A DNA stretch of 64,000 bases from an uncultured Chloroflexia bacterium (GCA_963774935.1 CAVZGO010000007.1:215861-279860), one strand, 5' to 3'. Positions 9,845 through 19,331 are shown, counted from the stretch's first letter. Made by a program: numbers and translations. Notes: a model not told the origin generated them from the letters alone.

Positions 9845-11061
9845 ACCTGACCCAAACCGAACAAACCCCCGACGATCCTGAACGCCTGCCCCCTGCACGC
9901 CGGCGTCGCGCCCGCCGCCTGCTGGCGCCGCTCAATGCTGACGAACGTGCCGCCTTTCTGGATCACCTCGCCCACCGGGCTTCACCATCCTTCGATTTCT
10001 TCCTACTATCCCTCATCGCAGGCCTGGTTTTTAGCGTTGGCTTGCTGGTAGATTCACCGGCGGTATTGGTCCTGGGTGCAATCCTGGCGCCGCTCATGTC
10101 CCCAGCCGTGGGTATTGCCCTGGGTACGATCATCGGATCCTACCGCTACTTCTTGCGCAGCCTGTTTGGCATGTTGTTGGGCGGTGGATTGGTATTTCTA
10201 ACCGGCTGGCTGGTTGGCATGGTTGCCAAAGCCTGGTACATGCCTGAGGTCAATTTTGTCATGGCTCACCTGCATGCCCAGCTCTCCTGGCCCGATTTCA
10301 TCGTTCTTGCGATCGCGGCAGTGCTCACCAGCGCTGCCATGACCCATAGCGATGACATCCGGATTCCAATGGGCAGCAGCCTGCGCGGCGGGGTCATTCC
10401 CAGTGCCGCCCTGCCCAGCATGGCGCTGGCATACGAGCTTTTACTTCCCCTGGCGGCTGCTGGATTTGGCCTGGGCAGCGGCATCCCTGATCTATTCCCG
10501 GATGGCTTACTGGTGTTTGCACTGCATCTCACCTGGGCGGTTTTCCTGGGCGCCCTGACGCTGGCAATTATCGGCTTTCGCCCGCTGACCCTGTTTGGCT
10601 ACACACTGAGCGGTGCGGTAACTCTGCTGGCAGCCATTCTTATGACGGGTATCATTGGCGCCAGCACCGTTTCAGTCACCAAAATGGCGTTGCCCACGCC
10701 TATCCCAAGCGCCACACCTACTGTCACTCTGACACCAACCTCTACATCAACGCCGGTGCCCCCAACAGCCACTCTTACACCAACCCTGACCCCCACGTTT
10801 ACATTAACCCCTACTCCTACCCTGACCCCCACCCCCACGCCAGTCTACGCTATTGTCCAGGCTGGTGATGCCGGCGGCGCCTTCGTGCGCGATGCCCCGG
10901 CTGGAAATACCATCAGCCTGTTAAATAACGGCACACGCGTTCAGGTCCTGCCCGAACGCGTTGAAGCAGATGGCGAAATCTGGATTAATGTGATCACCCC
11001 AGATGGACAGCAGGGCTGGATTCTGGAATCCCTGCTCAATTTTGGAAGCGCTTCCCCCTGA
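9841..11061 (+). CDS. DUF389-like multi-pass membrane protein with PT-rich linker and C-terminal SH3-like domain
   Basis: ATGA overlap with the upstream stop. It has an N-terminal amphipathic segment and about 6-8 TM segments in a DUF389-like pattern. A TPT/LTPT low-complexity linker (about 10690-10850) is followed by YAIVQ..GGAFVRDAP..G..I..L..G..V.V....DGE.WINV....GQQGWI, typical of bacterial SH3. Confidence 0.65.
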   Translation: MNLTQTEQTPDDPERLPPARRRRARRLLAPLNADERAAFLDHLAHRASPSFDFFLLSLIAGLVFSVGLLVDSPAVLVLGAILAPLMSPAVGIALGTIIGSYRYFLRSLFGMLLGGGLVFLTGWLVGMVAKAWYMPEVNFVMAHLHAQLSWPDFIVLAIAAVLTSAAMTHSDDIRIPMGSSLRGGVIPSAALPSMALAYELLLPLAAAGFGLGSGIPDLFPDGLLVFALHLTWAVFLGALTLAIIGFRPLTLFGYTLSGAVTLLAAILMTGIIGASTVSVTKMALPTPIPSATPTVTLTPTSTSTPVPPTATLTPTLTPTFTLTPTPTLTPTPTPVYAIVQAGDAGGAFVRDAPAGNTISLLNNGTRVQVLPERVEADGEIWINVITPDGQQGWILESLLNFGSASP

Positions 11062-11080
11062 CCTCGATCAATAACGACCG

Positions 11081-11476
11081 CTACTTAGAAGGTACCAGGT
11101 TATCCGGGAGAAACGCGTCAGGCAACAATTCGGACACCGTCGTATCCAGCGTTACCTGCCCTTCCAAATTAGCGATCAGCACGCGCATATGCAAGCCAAA
11201 CTCAGCCATTACCTGGCGGCAAGCGCCACAAGGTGAGCCGCCATTGGCAGTCACCACTGCAATGGCAACAAATTCTCGCTCTCCCTCTGAGATGGCTCGG
11301 TGAATCGCAGCGCGCTCACCGCAAATTCCCAATGGGTAAGACGCATTCTCTACATTCACACCAGTATAAATACGCCCCAACTCGGCCAGCAATGCTGCCC
11401 CAACCGGGTAATTTGAATATGGAGCATACGCCCATTGGCGGACCTCTTTAGCCAGCCGGATCAGTTCTTGCTGCAT
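11081..11476 (-). CDS. cdd: cytidine deaminase
   Basis: Zinc-ligand motifs CGERAAI and PCGACRQV, plus AYAPYS. The start is placed at ATG 11476 (MQQELIRLAKEVRQWAYAPYS), which matches canonical Cdd N-termini and lies 2 nt after the upstream stop. Confidence 0.9.
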   Translation of the reverse strand: MQQELIRLAKEVRQWAYAPYSNYPVGAALLAELGRIYTGVNVENASYPLGICGERAAIHRAISEGEREFVAIAVVTANGGSPCGACRQVMAEFGLHMRVLIANLEGQVTLDTTVSELLPDAFLPDNLVPSK

Positions 11477-11477
11477 T

Positions 11478-12761
11478 TCATCCGTCAACATGTTTTTCCT
11501 CATCAACCTCTATTTCTATTGGTGCCCAACGGGCACGCACTTTACGAATACGCCGGGCAGTGACCAGCTCTACAATCAATACCAGGTTGTCAGCGTAGAC
11601 GGTTTCTCCCACCACCGGTACATGCCCAAGCCGGGAGTAGATATACCCACCCAGTGTTTCCGCTTCTTCTTTTGAAAGGGTGCTGCCCATTACCTCGTTG
11701 AAGTCATCCAGGTCTACTCGCCCAAGAAATATATATTCACCGTTTGACAATGCCTGATAGGGCATTTCTTCAGCGTGATCATACTCATCCATGATCTCGC
11801 CCAGGACTTCTTCGATAATGTCTTCCAATGTCACCAGACCCGCGACGCCGCCATATTCGTCTACCACAATCGCCATGTGGATGCGCTGGCTCTGCATTTC
11901 AGCCAAGAGCTTATCGACTTTCTTTGCCTCCGGAATAAAATAAGCTGGTCGCAGCAGAGACTGCAGGGAGTCTAATTGGCTGCCTTCCCGCCAGACACGC
12001 AGTAAATCCTTGGCATACAGCAGACCCTTCATATTGTCTACCGTCTCTTCGTACACCGGCACACGCGAGTGACCCGAGCTCAATAAGGCATCCGCTGCAA
12101 GCCCCAGCGGAGTGTTTACTTCAAGGGTGAGCATATCGATGCGCGGCACCATGATTTCGCGCGCCAGGGTATCCCCTAAATCGATGATCGAATAGATCAT
12201 TCTGCGCTCGCCCTGCTCAATCACACCCTCCTCTTGCCCAGCATCCACCAATGTCCTAAACTCACTTTCGGTGACTGAGCTGGTGTGCTCCACTTCGCCG
12301 CGTGGCTCGTGAGAAATAGCAAGCGACAGGCTGACCAGTGGCGAAAAAATCCACATGTAGAGTTTTAGCAGTGGTACAAACCGCATCAGACTTTTTTCCG
12401 CATCGTGCTCCGCACTCGACTGCACCCACCATTCAATAATAAACAGCAACAGAGCGCTACCCAGCAAGGCGAGCACCGGGATATACCAGGCGGCGTCTGG
12501 CAGTTTCATCGAAATTACTGAGATCACCCACGCTGCTAATCCGAAGCGCGTTAAAACCAGCACCAGGTTAACGCTGGCTTTGCCACGCGGCAGTCTGGAA
12601 TGCAGCTCTAAAGCTCGATTGACGCGGGTTTCCTGGCCTTCTTTTATGGTTATCAGCCTGGCATAGCTGGACTCCATCAGGGCAGCCCGCGCTGCAATGC
12701 TGACTAGATCAAGCGCTACCAGGGCTGCAATGAGCAGCAGAAGTAAAACATCTTCAATCAT
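11478..12761 (-). CDS. CNNM/DUF21-CBS-CorC_HlyC family protein (hemolysin/TlyC-CorC-like putative divalent-cation efflux)
   Basis: 427 aa with an N-terminal 4-TM DUF21 region, a CBS pair (IMVPR..., MAIVVDEYGG.AGLVTLEDIIEE) and a C-terminal CorC/HlyC transporter-associated domain. Confidence 0.85.
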   Translation of the reverse strand: MIEDVLLLLLIAALVALDLVSIAARAALMESSYARLITIKEGQETRVNRALELHSRLPRGKASVNLVLVLTRFGLAAWVISVISMKLPDAAWYIPVLALLGSALLLFIIEWWVQSSAEHDAEKSLMRFVPLLKLYMWIFSPLVSLSLAISHEPRGEVEHTSSVTESEFRTLVDAGQEEGVIEQGERRMIYSIIDLGDTLAREIMVPRIDMLTLEVNTPLGLAADALLSSGHSRVPVYEETVDNMKGLLYAKDLLRVWREGSQLDSLQSLLRPAYFIPEAKKVDKLLAEMQSQRIHMAIVVDEYGGVAGLVTLEDIIEEVLGEIMDEYDHAEEMPYQALSNGEYIFLGRVDLDDFNEVMGSTLSKEEAETLGGYIYSRLGHVPVVGETVYADNLVLIVELVTARRIRKVRARWAPIEIEVDEEKHVDG

Positions 12762-14106
12762 GTTCTCTCAGCTTACGGATCGCACGCGCAGGCATGCCGA
12801 CAACCAGCGTGCCGGGAGCCACATCTTTTGTCACCACCGCACCAGCTCCGGTTTGCGCATGATCGCCAACCTTCACCGGAGCTACGAGCATCGTATCACT
12901 GCCGATAAAAGCACCATCACCGATCTCCGTCGGGTTTTTTCGCACCCCGTCGTAATTGCACGTGACCGTTCCAGCACCGATATTGACGTCTGCACCAATC
13001 TTGGTATCACCTATATATGAAAAATGCCCCATTTTCGACCTGGGGCCGATGTAAGATTCCTTCACCTCACCAAAATTCCCCAGGTGCACCCCTTGCGCCA
13101 GGTGTGCGCCTTTGCGCAGATGCGAGTACGGCCCAATTTCCACTTCGTCTTCCAGCACTGCCCCCTCTAAAACAGAAGCAACGATCTTGCAGCCATCGCC
13201 AATCTGGCAGTCTCTCACGATAGCGTCCGGTCCAACGATGCAATCTTCGCCAATTCGGGTGACTCCATGCAGATATGTATTTGGCCAGATGATGGTATCC
13301 CGGCCGATTTGAACCCCTGGTTCGATATAAGTAGCTGACGGATCAACCATCGAGACGCCCTGTTCCATCCAGGCACGATTGATGCGCTGGCGCATGATTC
13401 CTTCAGCCTCTGCCAGGTGCACACGCGTGTTGATGCCGATCGTCTCTTGGGCATCCTCTACAACAATCGCTTCGACCGCCAGCCCATCTCCAACCGCTAA
13501 TCCGACCAGATCGGTTAAGTAATATTCACCCTTTGGAGAGAGCGGGATGCGCGGCAGTGCTTCCCACAGCCAGGTGGCATTAAAGCAATAGGCGCTTGCA
13601 TTCAGCTCATGAATGGCTAACTGTTCTGGGGTAGCCTGCGCTTCTTCGACAATCGCCGCTACCCGGCCACCGGCGTCCCGTACGATGCGACCAAAACCGC
13701 GTGCATCTGGAGCGATTAATGTCAGCATGGTGATCGGACCGGGATTGACGGACTGTACTTCGAGCAGGCGCCGCAGCGTTTCTGTGCGCATCAGCGGCAT
13801 ATCAGCAGTGGTCACCAGAACCTGGTCTGCCCGCCCCTGCAGCAGCCCCTGTGCCTGCTGTACGGCATGCCCGGTGCCCAATTGAGGCTGTTGCAAAACC
13901 CATTCGACCTGCTCCCCAATCGATTGGCGGATCAGCTCTGCCCCATGCCCAATCACGACGACTGGTTTGCTGCCGGTCGCCTGCTGCAGGCTCTCTATGG
14001 CATACAGGATCATCGGCCGCCCCAGGATGGGGTGCAGGACTTTCGGCAGCTTTGATTTCATGCGCGTGCCCTGACCCGCCGCTAACAACAACCCTGCAGT
14101 TTCCAT
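12754..14106 (-). CDS. glmU: bifunctional UDP-N-acetylglucosamine pyrophosphorylase / glucosamine-1-phosphate N-acetyltransferase
   Basis: LAAGQGTRMKSKLPKVLHP nucleotidyltransferase motif and C-terminal left-handed beta-helix hexapeptide repeats. ATG 14106 is preceded by AGGAG with a 6-nt spacer. The ORF track starts at TTG 14112. Confidence 0.92.
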   Translation of the reverse strand: METAGLLLAAGQGTRMKSKLPKVLHPILGRPMILYAIESLQQATGSKPVVVIGHGAELIRQSIGEQVEWVLQQPQLGTGHAVQQAQGLLQGRADQVLVTTADMPLMRTETLRRLLEVQSVNPGPITMLTLIAPDARGFGRIVRDAGGRVAAIVEEAQATPEQLAIHELNASAYCFNATWLWEALPRIPLSPKGEYYLTDLVGLAVGDGLAVEAIVVEDAQETIGINTRVHLAEAEGIMRQRINRAWMEQGVSMVDPSATYIEPGVQIGRDTIIWPNTYLHGVTRIGEDCIVGPDAIVRDCQIGDGCKIVASVLEGAVLEDEVEIGPYSHLRKGAHLAQGVHLGNFGEVKESYIGPRSKMGHFSYIGDTKIGADVNIGAGTVTCNYDGVRKNPTEIGDGAFIGSDTMLVAPVKVGDHAQTGAGAVVTKDVAPGTLVVGMPARAIRKLREHD

Positions 14107-14242
14107 TCGCAACTCCTAATAAAAACGAGCCTTACACTGGCGTGATCGGCCATGCAACGCTCGAAGATGCATCGTCCAAGTCAACCCAACATAAAATCGC
14201 GGAAACTTTCAATCTTTGCAATTCTCGGACTGACAAATCAGG

Positions 14243-14313
14243 CTGGGGCGCTCGGATTCGAACCAAGATATACGGATCCAAAGTCCGCTGTGCTACCGTT
14301 GCACCACGCCCCA
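14243..14313 (-). tRNA. tRNA-Gln (anticodon UUG)
   Basis: Hand-folded 71-nt cloverleaf. Acceptor TGGGGCG/CGCCCCA, D arm GTGC-AACGGTA-GCAC, anticodon arm GCGGA-CTTTGGA-TCCGT, T arm CTTGG-TTCGAAT-CCGAG, discriminator G. CCA is not fully encoded. Confidence 0.9.
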
Positions 14314-14412
14314 ATTTCGCTTGCTGCCGGAAGGGCGGCAGGCGAAATTGTATCACAATTATTATCTTTATGGTTTTTAGGCGGCTGTCGCTGCACAAAC
14401 CGTATAAAATAG

Positions 14413-16935
14413 TTAATCGGTGCGCAGGTGCGGGTTCAATATGCGCTCCAGGGCGAAACCCACCATCAAAAACGCCAGGCTGGTCAGCATCATCAGCCCA
14501 ATCGGCTCGAGAAACCAGTAGGAATAATTCATAAAGTTGGCGCTGGAAAGTGCATCATAAATCGTCTTACCCCAGGTCGGCAGGTATGGGTCGCTCACCC
14601 CAAGGTAAGCCAGGGTAGCCTCGTAAAAAACAAACACCGGCGCCATCAGCACTAGCTGCGGAACCAACACCGGCAGGATGCGCGGCACAAGGTAGTTCAG
14701 GATCATACGACTGTCGGAAGCGCCATAGGCTTGAGCTGCTTCCATATATGGAGCCTGCTTGACCTGCAAGAAGACCGAGCGGTAGGTTTTAATGGCGCTG
14801 CCGAAAATACTCAGCAATACCAACACTCCCAGGATTGTCCAGATGCTTTTCGAAAATAGCAAATAGACCATGATGGCAATTGGCAAAGCTGGAAGGATCA
14901 TATTGACTTCCGTGATACGCTGGATCAGCTCATCTAGCCAGCCGTCGTGCCAGACGCCCACGGCGGCGATGATCATCGCCAGCAGGCTGGTGAATATTGC
15001 CCCCAGAAGACCAAAGGCCAGCGCCACCACGGTTCCCCATAACAATGGAATCAACAGATCTCGGCGTTGGTTATCCGTCCCTGCCAGGCCGTAGACCTGT
15101 CCATACAAGACCATCTCGGCGCGCAGGTCAGAATTTGGCTCGAAAGTCGCCCCGGTTACTTTAAGATGGTATTGCCCTGACAGGGGCGTTGCCTGGTTTG
15201 TCCTCGGGTCGCCAAACAGCCCAGCCAATGGCGCTGCCGATTGGAGCTTACGGTTTAATTTATCATCCCGGGACAGGTAGTAGCCATACGGTCCCTTGAC
15301 CGCCTGTCCTCCCAGGTCGATATCCCGCCCATCCGGCGTCACCCATACCAGGGCGGCAAATGGCGCTTTTTCTAAATAGACGCCATCCAGAAACAGCACC
15401 AGGTCCTGGGGAAACCGGTTATAGGGAAAATCAAAAGTGAAATCGATCGCTATCGTGCTCGAACCACTCTCATTCTGCTGAACCGTCTTAACTGCGCTGC
15501 CGTCCTCGCTGTTCAGCAGGATGGTTTCGGGTAACTTGTCCCGACGAAAAGCGTTTACCCAGGTTGGCAGTGCATTTTGCGGGGAGGCATACCAGGTGTT
15601 GCGGTAGAAATCCCCGCCCTGGGCGCGCCATAACTTCACCACCTGATCGTAGGGATAAGCCACCATCGTGTAGACCGCCAGGACTACCAGCGCCAGGATA
15701 AAGATGACGCCGAACACCGCCGAGGGATAACGCCTAAATTCCCTCAGATCAGCCCGCAAGCCCGCCATCCCCTTCCACCAGGTGTGTATCGTCGGTTTCA
15801 CGGCTGGCTGGGGAGGAATAACCGGCCTATCCGTGCCTGGAATAGCAGGTGTTTCCTTGTTGTGCCCCGGCGCGGCTCTGTACCGGCGAAAGGGGCTGCG
15901 ACGTTTCGGGGTTACTGTTCGCACAGCCTGGTTTTCTCCGCCTATCCGCACCCGTGGGTCCACCAGGGCGTAGACGATATCCAGGATGAAAACTGTGATC
16001 GCCAGCATATAGGCAAAGATCACCACCACGCCCAGGGTCAGGGGGGTATTCATCGAGCGCACCGCAGTGATAAACAGCGCACCTACACCAGGCCAGCGGA
16101 AGAGCAACTCCAGGGCGATGGCGCCCTGCCACAAGGTGAGCATCATCACCGCGAAGCTGGTAATCACGTACGGCAAGACCGGACGGAGGATATACTGCCG
16201 CTCGATGATGCGGTTGGGGAGTCCTTTTGCACGTGCGATCTCCACGTAATCTTCATTTGAATATATTAAGAAGAATGTCCGCCAGGAATAAACGCCAACA
16301 AAAAATGTGCCCAGGAAGATCGCCAGGACCGGCAGGATCATCTGGCGCGCTAAAAACTTCAAGTAATCGTACGACATGACCATCTCGTTGATATCGAACG
16401 TTTTCGGCGGGGACAGTAAGTGCAACTGGTTGACCAGGATTACAATTAATAGCACACCAAAAATCCAGCTCGGCGTGGTCGACAACGGAGAAAGGAACAT
16501 CATCAGCCGGTCGGCGCGGCTGCCGGGTTTACGCGAGAGGACCAGGGCTACAGTGATACTGGCAAAAAATACCAGGATGTTAGCTATCCCAACCAGCACC
16601 AGGGTATAGGGTAGATGCTTGAGCACGATCGATTCGACTTCGCCCGTATCAAAAGAAAAGAAGTATTGCGCCCGTGCTGGCCCCAGGTTCAGCGTCAGCC
16701 CGTTCCACAGCCAGCGCAAGCTACGCAGCATATAGGGCTGGTCCAGTCCCATGGCATGCTGCATCCCCAGGCGGGTTTGCTCGATCGTCGCACTGCGCTC
16801 TGGCTCAGGGACTTCCTTCAGCCAGCCGCCCTGGATCATCGCCCCGATCGTCTCGTCGATATTAGCGGCGAAAATTCGATCCACATATCCCCCCAGGTTG
16901 AGCACGGTGATGGTAAGGTATAACCCGATCGCCAC
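14413..16935 (-). CDS. fused OppB-OppC-like ABC permease (two BPD_transp_1 halves with a large extracytoplasmic insert); the true N-terminus probably extends to ATG 17057 across a G7 frameshift
   Basis: 840 aa. The N-half parallels ORF 20669..21814 and the C-half parallels ORF 19332..20672, at a visually estimated ~65% identity in conserved blocks such as GLAGTD..RRDL...ELIQRITEVN. The GTG start at 16935 would truncate TM1. Confidence 0.85.
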   Translation of the reverse strand: MAIGLYLTITVLNLGGYVDRIFAANIDETIGAMIQGGWLKEVPEPERSATIEQTRLGMQHAMGLDQPYMLRSLRWLWNGLTLNLGPARAQYFFSFDTGEVESIVLKHLPYTLVLVGIANILVFFASITVALVLSRKPGSRADRLMMFLSPLSTTPSWIFGVLLIVILVNQLHLLSPPKTFDINEMVMSYDYLKFLARQMILPVLAIFLGTFFVGVYSWRTFFLIYSNEDYVEIARAKGLPNRIIERQYILRPVLPYVITSFAVMMLTLWQGAIALELLFRWPGVGALFITAVRSMNTPLTLGVVVIFAYMLAITVFILDIVYALVDPRVRIGGENQAVRTVTPKRRSPFRRYRAAPGHNKETPAIPGTDRPVIPPQPAVKPTIHTWWKGMAGLRADLREFRRYPSAVFGVIFILALVVLAVYTMVAYPYDQVVKLWRAQGGDFYRNTWYASPQNALPTWVNAFRRDKLPETILLNSEDGSAVKTVQQNESGSSTIAIDFTFDFPYNRFPQDLVLFLDGVYLEKAPFAALVWVTPDGRDIDLGGQAVKGPYGYYLSRDDKLNRKLQSAAPLAGLFGDPRTNQATPLSGQYHLKVTGATFEPNSDLRAEMVLYGQVYGLAGTDNQRRDLLIPLLWGTVVALAFGLLGAIFTSLLAMIIAAVGVWHDGWLDELIQRITEVNMILPALPIAIMVYLLFSKSIWTILGVLVLLSIFGSAIKTYRSVFLQVKQAPYMEAAQAYGASDSRMILNYLVPRILPVLVPQLVLMAPVFVFYEATLAYLGVSDPYLPTWGKTIYDALSSANFMNYSYWFLEPIGLMMLTSLAFLMVGFALERILNPHLRTD

Positions 16936-17064
16936 CGTCAGGAAGAGGGTGATCGCCTTGATCAGGGCGTACTTGAAAATGCGGGAAAACCCGCTTAGAA
17001 GGGGGGGTGCCGGGAGGGCGGCGGTAAATCAGGCTGGACTTCTTCCAGAGTGTTCATTTCTCAA

Positions 17065-17105
17065 TTTTACAAAGATGGGGCGATTGTTGCCCCATCTTTG
17101 TAAAA
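17065..17105. terminator. 17-bp perfect stem-loop separating the opp-like operon from the fused permease gene
   Basis: TTTTACAAAGATGGGGC (17065-17081), loop GATTGTT, GCCCCATCTTTGTAAAA (17089-17105). It lies directly after the stop of ORF 17109..17306 and 8 nt upstream of ATG 17057. Confidence 0.6.
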
Positions 17106-17108
17106 CGC

Positions 17109-17306
17109 TTATTCGCGCCGCCGACGGTAGACAGCTATACCGATGAAGCCCACGAACAGGCCAACTACGGATGAGATATAAGCCAGGAAGTTTAAAAAGA
17201 ACGTCGATTCAATGATCTGGGCCATCATCAGAAAGGGAATCATGAAGCCCAACACCAGCAGGAAGACTGCCACGACCAGGAGGTATTTAGGATGCCATCT
17301 GGACAT
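17109..17306 (-). CDS. small two-TM membrane protein (hypothetical)
   Basis: 65 aa with two clear hydrophobic helices and a C-terminal YRRRRE. Codon usage looks coding. It overlaps the OppF-like stop by 20 nt and has no obvious SD. The 17-bp hairpin follows it. Confidence 0.5.
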   Translation of the reverse strand: MSRWHPKYLLVVAVFLLVLGFMIPFLMMAQIIESTFFLNFLAYISSVVGLFVGFIGIAVYRRRRE

Positions 17307-18354
17307 CTTTAAACAACCAGCACTTTGTCAAATGCCGCGGTTCAACTTCGAAATCGGGCGGTTCTTCAACCTCGCACAAACCCTTAATCGCCTTCGGGCA
17401 GCGCGGGTGGAAACGGCAGCCAGATGGTGGGTTGACCAGGCTGGGCGGTTCGCCAACCGGGATCTCCTTGTACGTCAGGGCATTCTGCGCGTCCGGTTCC
17501 GGCGTGGCGTCTAATAAGGCAAGGGTATAGGGGTGCAGCGGTCTGTTGAGGATATCATCTACTTTCCCTTTTTCGACTACCTTCCCGGCATACATCACGA
17601 AGATACGTTCCGAGAAGTAGCGTACGGTGGAGAGGTCGTGGGTGATATAGATGACCGCCAGGTGATATGATTCCTGCAGGCCGCGCAACAGCTTGAGGAT
17701 CTCAACCCGCACGGAAGCATCCAGCATGGATACTGGCTCATCCGCCACGATCAAACGCGGCTCGAGGATCATCGCTCGGGCAATCACCACTCGTTGTTGC
17801 TGCCCACCGCTTAACTGGTGGGGAAACTTGGTCAAGAAGTCTTCAACCGGGAACATCTTGACCTCTTTCATCACCTTGTGGATGCGGCGCAAGCGTTCGT
17901 CGCGATCCTTGACGCCACTGATGATCAGCGGTTCGCTCAAGATGCGCTCAACGCTCATGAAGGGCGGCAACGCCCCATAGGGGTCTTGCTGGACATAACC
18001 GACATTGGAACGGTACCAGTGCATGCCGCGCCTATCCAGCTCAGCGATATTCTTTCCATCGAATGAAACTTTTCCACGGATCGGTCGATAAAGACCCAGG
18101 ATGGTCTTCATTAAACTGGATTTTCCGCAACCGCTTTCTCCGACAATAGCGATCGCTTCGTTGTAGCCCAGGTTGAAATTAACCCCATCCACGGCTTTAA
18201 CATAACCGGCATGGCTAAAGCCCCATTTGCGCAACTCAAACCAGACATGTAAATCATCGATGGAAAGCAGGTTCCCATTCCGTTTGCCTGCGCCACCTGC
18301 CTGGGTGTCTTTGATACCATTCATTTCCACTTCTCTTGGATTCTCAGCAACCAT
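17287..18354 (-). CDS. oligopeptide/dipeptide ABC transporter ATP-binding protein (OppF/DppF-like)
   Basis: Walker A GESGCGKSS, signature LSGGQQQR and a C-terminal oligopeptide-transporter Cys-rich extension. The start is placed at ATG 18354 (AGGAG 7 nt upstream, just after the upstream stop). The longer track ORF overlaps the previous gene. Confidence 0.9.
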   Translation of the reverse strand: MVAENPREVEMNGIKDTQAGGAGKRNGNLLSIDDLHVWFELRKWGFSHAGYVKAVDGVNFNLGYNEAIAIVGESGCGKSSLMKTILGLYRPIRGKVSFDGKNIAELDRRGMHWYRSNVGYVQQDPYGALPPFMSVERILSEPLIISGVKDRDERLRRIHKVMKEVKMFPVEDFLTKFPHQLSGGQQQRVVIARAMILEPRLIVADEPVSMLDASVRVEILKLLRGLQESYHLAVIYITHDLSTVRYFSERIFVMYAGKVVEKGKVDDILNRPLHPYTLALLDATPEPDAQNALTYKEIPVGEPPSLVNPPSGCRFHPRCPKAIKGLCEVEEPPDFEVEPRHLTKCWLFKDVQMAS

Positions 18355-18370
18355 ACCTGTACTCCTGCGC

Positions 18371-19330
18371 CTAGGCAAATAGCCAGCATTTAACTTTGAT
18401 GCCGTTGCGGTCGAAGGTCGGCGGTTCTTCAGCACATTTTTCAAAACGCAACGAACAGCGATCTGCAAAACGACAGCCAGTGGGAGGATTGAGCAGGCTG
18501 GGTGGCTGACCGGTAATGAATTCCAGCTCCTGCGTACCGCGCAAGCGCGGCACACTGGCCATTAACTTGCGCGAATAGGGATGCAGTGGTTCCTTGAAGA
18601 AGCGGAAGGCATCGCTCACTTCGACAATCTGGCCGGCATACATCACCGCCACGTTATCCGCCAGCTCGCTGGAGGTGGCAATATCGTGCGTAATTAAGAT
18701 AAAGCTGATTTCCAGCTCGTGTTTCAGGCGTTTGAGCACGTTCATGATATTCGCCTGGGTGAGCACATCCAGAGCGGAAGTCGGCTCGTCCAGGAAGATC
18801 AACTGCGGCGCAGCCACCAGCGCCATGGCAATTGCCACCCGCTGACGCATCCCACCGCTCAACTCGAAGGCATAGCGATGCATGAAATCTGTCGGAACAC
18901 CCACATGTTCAAACATCTTCTGCGCCGAAAGCCAGGCCGACTTTTTATCAGTTCCACCGTGGATGATTAATGGTTCGGCGACCTGGTCGCCAACCTTGAG
19001 CACAGGGTTCAAGGAGTTCATCGCTGCCTGCGGCACCATCGACATCTTCACCCAGCGCACATTTTGGCGATATTCTTCATCTTCCATCGCCATCAGCTCA
19101 AGCCCATCCAGGTGGATCTTCCCCGAGTAAGTAGCCACGTTGCGCGGCAACAGGCGCATCACCGCTTTAGCCAGCGAAGTCTTGCCACAGCCGGATTCAC
19201 CTAACACCACGATGGCTTGTTTATATGCCAGGTCGAAGGAGACCCCATCCACCGCCTGCACCACCCCTTTGGTCGTGCGGAAGTGGAGCAATAAGTCCTC
19301 AATGCGAAGCAACGGTTCTTGTGCTATCAT
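18371..19330 (-). CDS. oligopeptide/dipeptide ABC transporter ATP-binding protein (OppD/DppD-like)
   Basis: Walker A GESGCGKTS, signature LSGGMRQR, Walker B LIFLDEPTSALD, and the C-terminal oligo_HPY-type extension. Confidence 0.9.
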   Translation of the reverse strand: MIAQEPLLRIEDLLLHFRTTKGVVQAVDGVSFDLAYKQAIVVLGESGCGKTSLAKAVMRLLPRNVATYSGKIHLDGLELMAMEDEEYRQNVRWVKMSMVPQAAMNSLNPVLKVGDQVAEPLIIHGGTDKKSAWLSAQKMFEHVGVPTDFMHRYAFELSGGMRQRVAIAMALVAAPQLIFLDEPTSALDVLTQANIMNVLKRLKHELEISFILITHDIATSSELADNVAVMYAGQIVEVSDAFRFFKEPLHPYSRKLMASVPRLRGTQELEFITGQPPSLLNPPTGCRFADRCSLRFEKCAEEPPTFDRNGIKVKCWLFA

Positions 19331-19331
19331 C

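Noticed and set aside
10599-10838. Periodic GTNGGNGTN repeat (MGVGVRVGVGV... ORF) as a possible tandem repeat or CRISPR-like array
   Set aside because: It is the reverse complement of the PT-linker coding region of the DUF389-SH3 protein. The region is low-complexity coding sequence, with no spacer-repeat structure.
14314-14350. Imperfect hairpin TTCGCTTGCTGCC-GGAAGG-GCGGCAGGCGAA between the permease stop and tRNA-Gln as a terminator
   Set aside because: Its two wobble positions pair only on the plus strand, whereas both flanking genes are transcribed on the minus strand, where they become A-C mismatches. No T-tract follows. Function is unsupported.
14132-14412. ORFs 14132..14398 (-) and 14152..14412 (+)
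   Set aside because: They overlap the tRNA-Gln gene and its flanks. They have no SD or homology pattern and are artefacts of six-frame calling.
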